Below are positions 48,265-60,714 of a DNA stretch of 64,000 nt, one piece after another. The position numbers were made by a program, and so were the translations under genes. Below the pieces are notes generated by a model, which made no database searches, had not been told where the DNA came from, and saw only the letters and a list, made by a program, of their open reading frames with translations. The number at the start of each line of letters is the position of its first letter. The stretch's first letter is position 1. Source of the stretch: Utricularia gibba (lineage: Eukaryota; Plantae; Magnoliophyta); contig CM007991.1 in NCBI GenBank assembly GCA_002189035.1, positions 1,240,001 to 1,304,000 on the forward strand. The letters run 5' to 3'.

Positions 48265-48414
48265 ATGGTGCACGGCAGCGCCAGGGGCTGCCGTCCCTCC
48301 GCCGCAGGGTTCCGCTGCCTGCGCCGGAAGATCGGCGAGCTCCGGGCGAGGGCTTACATTCTCAGGCGCTGCATCGCGATGCTCGTGTGCTGGCGCGACA
48401 AGAATGAAGTGTAG
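48265..48414 (+). CDS. RTFL/DVL small peptide, 49 aa (ROT4-like)
   Basis: MVHGSARGCRPSAAGFRCLRRKIGELRARAYILRRCIAMLVCWRDKNEV*, with the RTF domain RAR.YI.RRC..ML.CW.D. TTTAAA about 70 nt upstream. Below the ORF-track cutoff. Confidence 0.93.
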   Translation: MVHGSARGCRPSAAGFRCLRRKIGELRARAYILRRCIAMLVCWRDKNEV

Positions 48415-48624
48415 AGGACTGGACTGGAGGATGGTTAACGATAGGAAGTAAGTAGCATCATCGCTAAGTGCCATTGTAAAGCCCAGAAAAAGTAGGGTTT
48501 CTCGCTTCTCAAATAAAAGGTTAGGCATCTTTCTGCATAAGCATTTCGCACATGTTTCATATGGACTGCATGGAAATCGTCTGTGGATTTGTATATTTAC
48601 TGTGGGCAAAAGTTTCCTTTTTAA

Positions 48625-49265
48625 GAGCATCCGGCGTAGCGACGGCGGTTCCGGCCGATGGTTCGGCCGTCGGCTCCATGCACCGGGCCGGCCGACCTCC
48701 AAAGACATGAACGCAAAGAATCCATATCGGAAAACATGTGTAGGTGGTGCGGCCGGTTCGGGCAGATCCGGTTCGTTCAACGAGCCGAGCCGGTATCGAA
48801 AAACATGGCCGAGTCATGCGGCCTCCTCTCCTTTTCTCCATCATCTTCCCGGTCCCCCATCTCCTCCTCCTTTTGCATGTAGAGATTTACCCACAAGGAA
48901 GGTGATCAACCGGTAAACATCAATCACTATTATGTATTTTAAAATCCGGTTTCAAAACCCAGTTTAAATCGATTAAACCCGAATTTGATCGATCAAAATA
49001 TATAATATGATTAAATCGAACAAATTCAGCCTTATTCTGATTTTAAAATGTAGGTATAATATATGACAAATACACTAAAAAAGTTAAAAAAATAAAAGAA
49101 AATTTTCCATTTATTAATATTGTATTTTGAAATTATTCTAATTCTAAATATTGTATTTTTATGTCTTATGATCATCACTAGGTCATATATAATTACATTT
49201 TTTTCAATTTTGATTTCAATAAAAAAAATAATCTTATTATTTATGAGGAGATTGTAAGGGTGCTC
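48625..49265. mobile_element. Possible degenerate PIF/Harbinger (Tourist-like) element
   Basis: TAA|GAGCATCC at the left end and GGGTGCTC|AAT at the right end. GC-rich internal CCGG/CGGCCG repeats. TSD imperfect. Confidence 0.3.
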
Positions 49266-49721
49266 AATCAATAGGTGGATGAAACCTATTGAAAAGGAAA
49301 TGAACACAAACTTAAGCGCTACGGACAACAAAAATAAATAAATAATAAAATTTTTTATTTTATTTATTTTATTTTTATTTTTTTTGTGAAGGGGCCCTCT
49401 AGATCAATGTTGTGTTTCAAGAGAGATGATATAAAATAAAGCAAAGCAAGGGCAGTACATGACATCTCTTGTCCCTGCCCCATTTTGGAACATGGCTTGC
49501 TGTTGCCATTTTAAAAATGGAAAGTAATCTGAAAAATAAAAATGTGCATAAAATGGTGAATTTTAGGTTTTGTAGATTTTTTTTTATTTAGAACTAAATA
49601 ATTTATTTTTTATAAAAATATTTTTCTGTGATAAAATTTAAATTGCGTTTTTCCTTGTTGGGATGAAAATTAGTGAACGTGCTCAACAAAAATGAAGGAA
49701 ATATTCGAAAAAGGCTCGTAG

Positions 49722-51161
49722 TTAGGTATTTGTTCGCCTCTGGAGAAATTCGTCGAACACGTTGCGGGCGAATGACTCGAGATTAGTCTCCGATGATCCC
49801 TCTGCCGCCACTGCTCTCTCCAGCATTTCCCTTTTTTCAGTGATCCTTCTCTTCAGCCGCAGGGTGACCGTTTCTCGGTTGATTAGGTTTCCGATCTTCT
49901 CTGCGACCTCCTCTTTTGTGATTGCATCGCCGTCGCAGAGATTCGTTCCTACTTCCCAGTCATCAACCACTAATTTCCGGTTCGTGATTTGATCCGTGAA
50001 CAGAGGGTAACAGATCATTGGAACTCCATAATAAACGCTTTCGAGAACTGAGTTCCATCCGCAGTGAGTCATGAACCCTCCGATCGCCGGATGTTTCAGC
50101 ACCGGAACCTGTGTGCACCACGGCACAATTAGTCCCCTGTCTCTCGTAGTTTCCACAAAATTTTCCGGCAAAATCGCGTCGCCGTGGGAATCCGTCATCC
50201 CGGGGCGCAAAACCCAGAGAAAGTTCACTCCGGCGAGCAAAAGCCCTCCGGCGATTTCTACTATAGCCTCTTTATCCACCTTCGCGAGACTTCCGAAAGA
50301 GATATATAAAACAGAGGATGGGGGTTTTGAGTTCAGCCAATCCGTTGGATTGATTTCAGGCAATAGGTTCGTCGCTACGGAGCTCCCCACCGGAAAAAGA
50401 GGGCCAATGGCGTAAAACGGCAACTCTTCTCGAAGAGCTGATACGACATCCGTTTCAATTTCTTCAACAGTATTGCACAAAATGAAATCAGCAGACTTCA
50501 CTCTGTCGAAGGCTGCAAATATCACTTTGTGTACCATTTGCAGCTCTGAATCATGAAAATACGACATGAAATCTCTCGTATTGATCGACTGAACTCCTGC
50601 AATGTAATCCACCTCTTCACTACGGCCGTTCACCGGGACATGGCCGTTTTCCGTCAAAATCCGCCGGTGATGGTACAAGGAGAAAACCAACGCCGCCTCT
50701 GTCCAGAACGAGACACTCAAACAATTGTGTTTTTTCGCAATGTCCGGCAGCCAGACGGAAAATGTGTCGGAAACCAAGAAAAACCCAGAGGCCGATCCTG
50801 ATTCCGACTTGGACTGGATGATATCCCGTACCAATTCATCCACCTTATCCGGAAACTTGTGTAGAAAAAAATCCAAGTACACATCCAGATTCCGGTTCCG
50901 GTCGAATTCAATTGGGAACCCGTCACTGAAAGTGGTGTACGAGATATCTAGGCCAGACCTTCGCGCCCCGGCGAATATGTCGATTTCGGAGGTGGAACCG
51001 GAGTTGGTTATCCGGTGATGGATGAATTGGAGATGGGCAAAGGTTACACCAAAACCTTTTGAAGCAAGCTTGAGAGCAAGATTGATGAAGGGGATGATGT
51101 GGCCTTGCAGATGGAAAGAAACCATTATCGCGTGAAGCTTGAGACTTGGATCTTTCGCCAT
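49722..51161 (-). CDS. UDP-glycosyltransferase, UGT86 family, intronless (479 aa)
   Basis: LQGHIIPF (catalytic His), GLDISYTTFSDGFP..FDR, DTF and SFWTEAALVFSLY. PSPG box WCTQ..VL.HPAIGGFMTHCGWNSVLES..GVPMICYPLFTDQ. Confidence 0.93.
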   Translation of the reverse strand: MAKDPSLKLHAIMVSFHLQGHIIPFINLALKLASKGFGVTFAHLQFIHHRITNSGSTSEIDIFAGARRSGLDISYTTFSDGFPIEFDRNRNLDVYLDFFLHKFPDKVDELVRDIIQSKSESGSASGFFLVSDTFSVWLPDIAKKHNCLSVSFWTEAALVFSLYHHRRILTENGHVPVNGRSEEVDYIAGVQSINTRDFMSYFHDSELQMVHKVIFAAFDRVKSADFILCNTVEEIETDVVSALREELPFYAIGPLFPVGSSVATNLLPEINPTDWLNSKPPSSVLYISFGSLAKVDKEAIVEIAGGLLLAGVNFLWVLRPGMTDSHGDAILPENFVETTRDRGLIVPWCTQVPVLKHPAIGGFMTHCGWNSVLESVYYGVPMICYPLFTDQITNRKLVVDDWEVGTNLCDGDAITKEEVAEKIGNLINRETVTLRLKRRITEKREMLERAVAAEGSSETNLESFARNVFDEFLQRRTNT

Positions 51162-51462
51162 TGTTCTCCGCTGACCCGATGTTCGTCAATGAACAGAGAG
51201 GTAAGGAACTTTCAATGCTCCTTGCAAAGTTGGAATTGTGTTTGACAGTTGATACGTTGTCCTTTTCTGGAACAGTGCTCCTTCCGAGCACCACCATAAG
51301 GTGCCGTGTGGACATCGTCTTCCACAAGAACTTCTACTTGCAGGTGCATTAACGTTTGGTTGGTCGTCTGCATCGCCACTCACTTATTGTGTGTGGATGC
51401 AGCTGAGTTCCTCCACACCAAAGCAGCGCATTTCAGGGTCGTCATTCTTGAATAACAGCAGC

Positions 51463-52320
51463 ACGGCTGAACCCTGAAGAAAGCTGAGAGCTTTGGTTTT
51501 CCCTGTCCCTCTACAGGGGCATCTTCTCCAACAATCAACTTCTCTCTCAGGCTTGCTCACGTCTCGCTGCAACCTTTGTCAACTCCAAACACATAAATGC
51601 AATGTTGTGCAAGGCACAAAGCAAGACTACCAGCGAGATCGTTTTATTCTCCCGAGGCGCCAGAATCCGTCCTCCACGTACGTAAGTGATGGATTGCCTG
51701 ATGACTTCAACAAATCAGTGAACACAAACGAGTTCATGTCCTAGTATTCAGAATCAAAGCTCCACGCACCCACGTATGAACTTATTCACTCAAATGAAGA
51801 AGATGGATTTCATCCTGCATAACACAGTTCAGGACTTGAGAGTTAAGTGGTTTATCAGCTCTAAACAAGAACCAATCAGACTACGCAAGCAATAACAAAG
51901 TGACTCAAGAAATAGCATATGGGCCTAATCTTAGACAAGCAAACTTCATATGGTTCACTAGAAGTGAAAGTATTTCACCTTGATGTGAACAGAATGCAGT
52001 CGTCTCAGATCCCTCAGTAAGTGCGTTCCTAACGCACTGCGGTTGGAATTCGGTGGTGAAGAGCATCTGGCACGGCACTCAGATGCTCTGCTATCCTGTG
52101 GATTACATATAATGATCATCCCAGCAAAAGGAAACTGGAGGATCGGATATCAGTTGACAGGAATGATGTTGGTGAGAAGATCAAGTACCTTATGACAGAG
52201 GATCCACTCCAAATAGGACTCAAAGAGTCAGATTGGGAATGTGCAGAACATGATGAGGAGTGCCGTAGACAAAAAGCTTTGATGTATTCATGGGTAAGTT
52301 GAAGAGAAAACCTTGCACTG
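51463..52320 (+). pseudogene. UGT86 pseudogene
   Basis: ACG in place of ATG, an in-frame TGA, then KLRALVFPVPLQGHL with a frameshift. YVSDGLP.DFN.S.N, then a large deletion, then PSPG relic FLTHCGWNSVVKSIWHG..MLCYP (52026-52100) followed by stops. Confidence 0.88.
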
Positions 52321-53750
52321 AATATGGGAGAAGTATAAGAAGCAGACAGCATCCCCAGATCTTTGAATTTATTATTAAGTTGAGACCTGAGAAGAGCGAA
52401 AATGGCTCCCTTATCATGGGCCTGTTGCATAGCAGGCCCGAGTGCAAATCGAAAGCCCACCCTGATATCCAAATTGACCAGACCCATAAGAACGCCATAA
52501 TCTATGCTTACCCAATAGCAAAATATTTATTCAAAAAACCAGCAACTTCTAACATGCTAACTGGCATATCTCAACTTGGATTATTTTTTTCTTTCCTAAA
52601 ATCTAATAGATGGCGAAATAACGAAGTCCACTGACATCACACACGATATCTTAAATTTAATATTATTATATGCAATTAACATTAATTTACACAAAAATAA
52701 ATAAATCAGAAAATCAGGAATATATTTTATAAAAAAGTTAACATTTTATAAAAACATATTAGACCAATATACGTCAAAATGGTTTCCACCTAACACTACG
52801 ATGCTCCGCACATCGTTTACTTCACAAAAATTGCACGCAAATGGGCGCCTAAGCACAATCTAAACAACTATTTTGTAAAATCACTAAAAACTCGATATTT
52901 TATTTTTAAAAAGGAAATGCTATTTCTGGAGTCGACATTTTCAAAAAGACAAAAAAAGAAAGAATGATAAATTGAATTTCTCAAAAATAACTTATAACGG
53001 AAACACAATCAAAGAAACGAATGGGTTTCAACGTTTCATCCGTGGGGCCAAACCTAGACCTATTTTTAAATAAAGATAACAAAGTCAGCAGTTGAGACTA
53101 TAGTTCCAAAAGCAAATTCTCGTTGGTGCTAACTGATGCGGGCGACAACCGCAGGGAACCTGACGGCCAAAGATTACTTCCATGCAATTACATAAACAAG
53201 TAGTGTGTCAACAATTAATGGCTGTTTAGTATTATTTGTATGGACAATAACGACATGCAATTGTATTACATTAAATAATAAGGCACGACACATTAAAAAA
53301 AGATTGTTTTGCAGACAAGTCATAATATAAAATAAAAATAATGACGCATGTGACGGTTAGCTTTTAGTATCTTCCATACGCGTCATTAGCCAACTATAGA
53401 GAAGAAAGATGAAGCCCAGACAATCATACATGGATTTGAGTAGGGGGAGAGAAGCAAGGGATTGGAATTTGGAAGCATGAAGGCAGGAAGCTCACAATAA
53501 CTGGAGGATCATTCATATAAGCTACGTGCAAAGGGCATACCTGACGTTGGAGAAAGAAGCTTCCACGGTCGCCTGTGCAAGGTAGGATTGCCGTATGCAA
53601 GCTCCTTCTTGGAAGAAGGCTAAAATATTAGCCACCATCCAATTAAAAAACTCAAGTCTCTGTAGAAAAAATACAATTTCTTGAAAGTTGCCGTTTGACT
53701 TTATGTCTTATAAGTGTAGCTGAGCTGATCTCAGAAGGTAATACACAAGG

Positions 53751-55272
53751 ATGGACGAGAAGCATAAGCTCCATGCTCTGGTGTTTCCGCTACCTCTCCA
53801 AGGACATCTAAATCCAGCCACCGACCTGGCCATCAAGCTTGCTTCAGAAGGCTTTGCAGTAACTGTTGCTAACTTCGAATTTCTTCATAGGCTTCTGTCC
53901 AAGGCGCATAACAAGGTAGCATCAGATTTAGACCCATTCTGTGAAGCACGAAAATCAGGGTATAAGATACGATATGAGGTGATTCCTGATACCATGACTA
54001 AAGATTTTCTCAAGTTTGCTGATGAGAAGACCTTTTGCGACTGTGTCCACAGAGACTCACAACCCTATGTTGATGAATTTATTGCAAAGATCATCACGTT
54101 GGATCCAGATTCCACATACTTCTTAGTGGTTGACACTTTCTTCACATGGTCAACAGTGCTTGCAGAGAAGCACAATCTTGTGCTAGTTTCATATTGGACA
54201 CAATCAGCCATGGTTTTCTCTTTGGCATACCACACCGAACTCATCCAAGAAAAGGGCCACCTCCCACTGAAAGGTAAAGCTTTCAGGTTATAGCAACTTA
54301 CTTTAATTTTTCAGGGAATGAAGAAATCACGTATAATAAGTTCATGCTTTTGATGCAGATGATATTGAAGAAAACATCGACTACATACCTGGAATCGAAT
54401 CTCTGACTACAAGAGACTTCACGTCATACCACAAGGAATCCAATGTCCACACACCCTCTTTTGAATATATCATCAAGGCATTTACTGTTGCTAAGAAGGC
54501 AGATTTCGTTCTACACAACACAGTCCAAGAGTTAGAATCAAGTGTCCTGCTGGCTCTAAATAAGCAACAGCCAAATTATGCTATTGGGCCAATTTTTACC
54601 GACAAAAATCTTGTACAGAATTTCATGCGCAAAAACGTATGGCCTGAAACCGACTGTACCTACTGGCTTCAATCCAAGAGTCCTGGATCAGTTCTGTACA
54701 TCTCCTTTGGCAGCCTCGTTCCCGCCAATAAGGAAGTAGTTGAAGAATTAGCTTATGGCCTTATTCTTAGCCAAGTTAACTTCATTTGGATTACAAGAGA
54801 TGGGGCACTGTCACATAGTTTCCAATTCTTACCCGAAGGATTCAAGGATGAGATGAAAGATAGAGGATTGATAATACCTTGGTGTAACCAAATGGCCCTC
54901 CTTTCAAATCATGCAATTGGTGGATTTCTCACACATTGCGGGTGGAATTCTGTGATGGAAAGCATTTGGCATGGAATCCCGATGCTCTGTTATCCCGTGA
55001 TTTACGACCAACCTACAAACAGAAAATTAGTGGTTCATGATTGGAAACTTGGAATTGATCTCACTGATGGGAATAAAGTAGACAGGAATGAAGTTTCCCA
55101 GAAGATCAAATCTCTGATCCAAACAGGGCGCACTTCCACGGAACTGAAGAGCCGTATCACAAACGCAAGAGATCTACTAAAAAATGCAATAGAAGCCGAT
55201 GGATCATCGCAAAGAAACTTCGATCAATTCGTGACAAGTTTGAAGGAAAAAGTCGGTACCAGATCTGTCTGA
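53751..55272 (+). CDS. UDP-glycosyltransferase, UGT86 family (exons 53751-54273, 54359-55272; 478 aa)
   Basis: PLQGHLNP and DTF. PSPG box WCNQ..LL.N.AIGGFLTHCGWNSVMESIWHGIPMLCYPVIYDQ. The 85-nt intron restores the frame. Confidence 0.93.
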
Positions 55273-57056
55273 AGGAATTTCCAATCCCCTTGGAATCAAG
55301 GTTTGAATACTCCTGCATACTTTCCTTCATTTCACTCCTGCGCGTTGAAAGGATAGCATCCAACTTTGAAACAAATAAACCTGTATACTTCATTTTCATA
55401 TATCACCGATCATCGGCAAATTACATAATTCCTGCATTTTACCAAAGGCATAAATAAAAGAAACTTACAGAACCGATGACATATTGAAAATAAACATTGC
55501 CAAGTGAAGATCTTTAACAATACGCTGAAATTGTTCTTGCGCACAAAAACATACAGCAACACCCAACACAATTTGCAACGGAAACTAAGCAAATGAAAAA
55601 GGAGAGAAAGAATGCAGAACACCTTCCACTAAACTAAAACAAACTAAGGTTAATTGGATCGCATTATTACCAAGTGCCCAACACCAAGATCGGAAGCTTT
55701 CGAGGTACAACATCCACCTTGGAAATTGGTCGCTGGTACTCACTAAACGTCTCTTCCTTACCCTCTCCCTAATGGTGCAACCCAAAATGCAGTCGAAATC
55801 CATGAAACCTTCTTGAATCCACAAGCCAGAGAATCCGGGAACTCGACAACTTGAAAATCAAGAAAACCCTTCTCCAGCGCCAGCAGATACTTCCTCCCCA
55901 AGCCATTTTCCCTTATGGGCCCATTTAGCCAGGCCCACTTACCCGGCTTATAAAACCCGTAGGAGACGAACTTCCAAATTTGAGAGCCGTCAGGCTTCAG
56001 CCCTAGGCCGGGTTTTCCCCTTCCATAATAAAAGATTATTAATTAAAAAAATAATTATCCAAATTACAATTCCAATTATATTATTAAAAATAATCACTTT
56101 CATCATACACATAACAGAATGACCAAATAATTCGTAAATCACTCCATCCCAAATCAAACCGACTCCTATGTAGCCTTGGTGCCTAACCCTAAAAATAAAA
56201 TTACTGTTCAGTCAAAAGTGTGTCCACTCGCTATCGGGGAGCCGTGGCCAATGGAGGGGGTGTTGGTCCCCCGGGGGCACCTCCTACGAAATGCCGCAGT
56301 AGTTTCCACTGAAAAAGTGAAAACAACAGTAACATTTTTTTACCATTTGACAATCTGTAAGGGTAACTTGATCGATTTCCAAGTTAGCCATTCATTATTG
56401 CCAAACCTTACCCAACCCGAAGAAACGTCGCGGTCCTAATTCATTTAGTGGATGGACCTCTGCGCTTTCAAAGTTGGTACGAGTACGACACCCCCAACTT
56501 TAATAAAACTAGCGCTTTGCTTTTACACCTTTACCCCCCACTCTTTTCTTTTCGCCTTTTCTTACAACTACTGAAAAATAATCTCTTTATTTTGTCTGGA
56601 TTTTGTTCTTTCAAAAAAGAGTTAATATTATTTCCCATATATTTGATTTAATATCGGAAAAGGAAAATCAATTTCAATATAATCGTGGGGTTATAAAGTC
56701 AGGATATATTAAAAAAGTAATCTTACCCTATCTTAAAAAAATAATCATTCTATTTATAAAATTTCAAAATGACCAATAAATCCGGGTGCCCTGTACTGAC
56801 CTACGAATATTAAAGGTGCAATTATTGTTGTTACTTTATCAATTTACAAGATGGCGACTTCCATTACTCTCGAGTATACTCGCAATGGTGAAAAGAGATT
56901 AAAATACGATTATAATTTAATTATTTTAATTGGGATTAAATACAATGTCGGTGGAGACTAGGGAGTTTATTGAAAGTTATTAGAGTTTTTCGAGGGTTGA
57001 TATTTTTGTTTTTGTTACACAAATTGAAGTTGGCGGAACATTCATCTGGAACCTAC

Positions 57057-58820
57057 TCACATTATTGAGCATGCATTAGGGTTTTCGTCGCTGAACATCC
57101 GGTCATCCAGATTGTTCATGTACGTCACGGGCGGCGGCGGCGGCGGCAATGTGCGTCCATGTAGAGGGTAGCTGCCAGTCGAATACCCGGCGTAATCGTC
57201 TCCGATGTAGTAGCCGTGTCTCGAGGACGCGGCGTAGCTGCTCGTGGAATAGATTTGGGTGTTGTACATTGGCATGGCGTAGTACGTGTACGGGTTAAAG
57301 CCGGGGTAATCCATTTTGTTGAGCTCCGCTTTGGGTCCGCCGTCGCCGCCTCCGGTGCCGGGTTGAGATTCCCTTTTCTCCTTTTTCTTCTTCTCCTTTT
57401 CCTTCTTGTCTCCGCCGCCACTAGCATCCTCCTCCTTCTTATCGCCGCTAACGCAGTTCTTCTTCGGCGGAGGAGCTACTTCGACGGTCCTTTTAAGCTT
57501 CTCCTGAAGAAATGCCGCGAGTTCGTTCACGTTCATGGTTCCGGTCACTGTGATTGTATTGTTCTGCAAATCGGTTTTCACCAATTCCACACCTGTTGAA
57601 TAAAGAAATAATTAATTTGAATTTTAATAGAATCTAAAAAAACAACTTTTAATCCTAAAAAAGCTTTTTTTCCATGCATTTGCCATGTTATAAAGACAAA
57701 ATAAAACGTGGTTAGAAATACTTTAACTTTACTACTTTTACCATTTGCTTTATAATGTAGTTGAAAAAATTGTGGGATAAAATAAAAAAAATTACCGTCA
57801 ACCCTTTTAGTAAAATTAAAGGCATGAAATTTACCATCGGAATTTTTGAGAATTGTGCGCTTGATCTTGTGAGCGCACCCTTCACAGTGGAGTCTGATCT
57901 TCAAAACAGCAGTAGCGCTCACAGGCTGCAGTGGTACGGCAATTAAGAAATTAATATTTTTAAATAATGTGACCTAAAAAACTAATTTATAGGACATGGG
58001 CTACGGATTAAATCTAAGATTAGGTCAACAAGTTTACCGGCTTTTACGATACGAACCTGTTTAGGTTTCTCCGCCTTCTTCTCCGATTTCTTCTCATCGG
58101 ACTTTTTCTCGGCGCCTCCGGGTTCTTTCTTAGGCGGTAGTGGCGAGATGAGATCCACCTTCTTCCTTGTCTTCGACTGCACCTTCTCCCGGAGCAATGA
58201 AGGGTCGATGTTTCCAGACACAAACAGCTTATTCGCGGATGTCTCAGACTTCACCTTTACGACACCTTCAAGAGAAATTGGATCGTAAGCAATGAGATAC
58301 TGGATTGGAAACTCATATCCGGAGACTCAGATGTAGCCAAATCTCGTAATTCCGCATATTGCGTAAAGGAATTAGAAAGGGGATCAGGGCGCTGTTAGTG
58401 AATTGTTCAGCGTTAACCGGATCTGAGAGCGAGGAAGATGGCAGAAGTTTTTCCGGAATCGTTACTCACCTTCAAAATTTGTAACCGCTCTTCGGACTTT
58501 TTTAGCGCACCCTTCGCAATGCAAGTCCAGTTTCAAAACGACGACGTTTGGCGCGTCTTCCTTCTTCTCGCCGCCTTCCGCTTTCGGTTTCTTCTCTCCG
58601 CCACCATCTACCTTCTCTGCACCCTCCTCTGCCTTCTTGTCTCCTTCTTCAACTGGCTTCTCCTCTTCTTCGACTTTCTACACAAGGATACGGAAGGAAA
58701 CATAAACTACTGCAGAAGGATCAGGTGAATCAGGTACCTGAATATGAATCAAATGTGTCCTGAAAAGCAGATCCCCTGCGTCTCCAGTTCGCTGATTACA
58801 GAATGAATTACCTCTCCCAT
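57057..58820 (-). CDS. HIPP: Heavy-metal-associated isoprenylated plant protein with two HMA domains (5 exons)
   Basis: MGE micro-exon (58820-58812), LDLHCEGCAKKV, IRLHCEGCAHKI, Lys/Glu linkers and a Tyr/Pro-rich tail ending in the CaaX motif NPNACSIM*. Confidence 0.95.
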
Positions 58821-60714
58821 CGTAGGAAGTTTCACTGTCCTGCTTCTCCGCCGTGAAATGAGAGAGCACCTCCGCAGGCCGTCGTAAATATCTGAGAGAG
58901 AATGTTTGAACTGAACACAGAAAATGGAGGCGGCCACTGCAGTGCAATATATAGAGCTTCAGCCTTATTATTTGGTTTAACCTTTTTAATAATACAGTCA
59001 ACTCCGTTCTTAAGATAAGCACATGACGTTTCTCCAAAAATAACACACGGTTTATAAATATTTGTTCAATTTATTTAATCACTCCAAAAAAAAAGAACAC
59101 ACGTTTATAAAGAAAATTTAGTGAAGTTTCTCGGTTGCGGTCTTGGTGGAGTCAGTGGGCAACTGGCCCCACTCCTCGTCCACGCGCCATCGTCCTTTTG
59201 TGTTGACCATTGAACACAAATCTTAAGAGGGAATTAAATCCGATGGGATTGGTTGTTTGGGGATTACGAAAAGAAAATTATTGTGTATTTTGAAGGAAAA
59301 TGCAATGTATTATGTTTTGATGTGATTGAAATATTGTGGAAATTGGTATAATAATGCCAACGCCCATTTTGTGGTCACGATTAATTAGTAATTTGCTATA
59401 AAAATATAATATTTTTAAATAAAGGGGGTCGTTGCAACGAGAAAATGTGGTAGGGGGCACGGATCGGAATCCGCCATCGACGGTGGTTACCGGATGCGGT
59501 TCAGAGTTCAGCGCTCCCGTGGCAATCGCTGTTCACGGCGGTCGCCGTCAACGCGTCGACCGACGAGTTCTACAGTTCCGAAACCAGAAATAAGAGGAAG
59601 CTTCGAAATTGCACACCTGTCCGGTACTCGGTTGTTAACACACCGACTATACCGGTTCAACCGGGTCGTGGGATGGGCCAAGTGTGTGCGGGCCTTAGGG
59701 CCCATGAAACGTGGTTTTTGAAAGCCCGAACCTCGTTGTGGGCTTTCTGTGCCCTTATGGGGGCAGAGGGTGGGCAAAATGGGGGTTGTAGCCTATTTTA
59801 TACGTTGATTGTGTAAATTGGGTTTGTTCACGTTTACGTGTAGAGAAAATAAACAATCTTGTCACATAAGCAAGATTCTTATCACATACTCTTGCCACAC
59901 AAGCATACCCTTGTCCACTAAGCACTTTCTTTTCTACGTGGGATGGATCTAAATAATTTGGACGGTGGGGGGAAGGAGGGGGGGGGGGGGGTGGATGGTG
60001 CTGAGGGAGGGGGTGAAACTCCTATAAATACCCCCTCCTAGCATTCAATGATTGCGACCCGACCATCAGGGAGAATGACTACGATAGATTTGAATGCGAG
60101 AGTGTAAAAGTTAGGTTTGAGGTTTTGTCGTAAGTTCAATAGAGATTGTATGGTTTTTAATCCATTTTTTTTCTACTCTTTTCATTTTATATAGTTTGTT
60201 CCATCTCATGATTCTCAATTTCATCCATCATTGGCCATCTTGGTTGTAGTTTTCTTCATCTATGTTGTCAACACGGTTAGGCTTCTAGTTAGAAGGGGAG
60301 GTAGGCGAGGTGACTTGAGAGAGGCTTCATTATTAGTTTTTTTTATTTTCATTTTTAGAAATAATTGTTTAATTATTAATTTTCTTAAAAAATTTATATA
60401 TAAGTAATTAAATTTAACTTTATTGTTTATTTTTCTTCAAAAATTCATTAATTATGTATTATATTTTTGTGAATTTGTTTATTTATTTATTAATTAGTAT
60501 TAAATAAAATACATGATTTTATTTATTTATTAATAATTAAACATGTTATTTAGATTTAATTCTATATTTTTTTATTTACAGTGTATTTATATAATTCAAT
60601 TATATTTTTAATCTCTACATGTTTACCATTATCGTATGCATTTGCCCATTTATCCATGTTGTTCAAAATCTCCACACGATTTAATCATTCTGGTGCTAGT
60701 TGATAAGTCATTAT

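Noticed and set aside
48211-48780. 189-aa minus-strand ORF
   Set aside because: No recognisable domain. It is the antisense shadow of the GC-rich RTFL gene and the adjacent repeat-like sequence.
31483-55272. PAL, CASPL, CYP86-clan and UGT86 as a biosynthetic or root-barrier gene cluster
   Set aside because: The P450 is dead, the genes are interleaved with unrelated housekeeping genes, and the order looks like ordinary ancestral synteny. Co-expression data would be needed.
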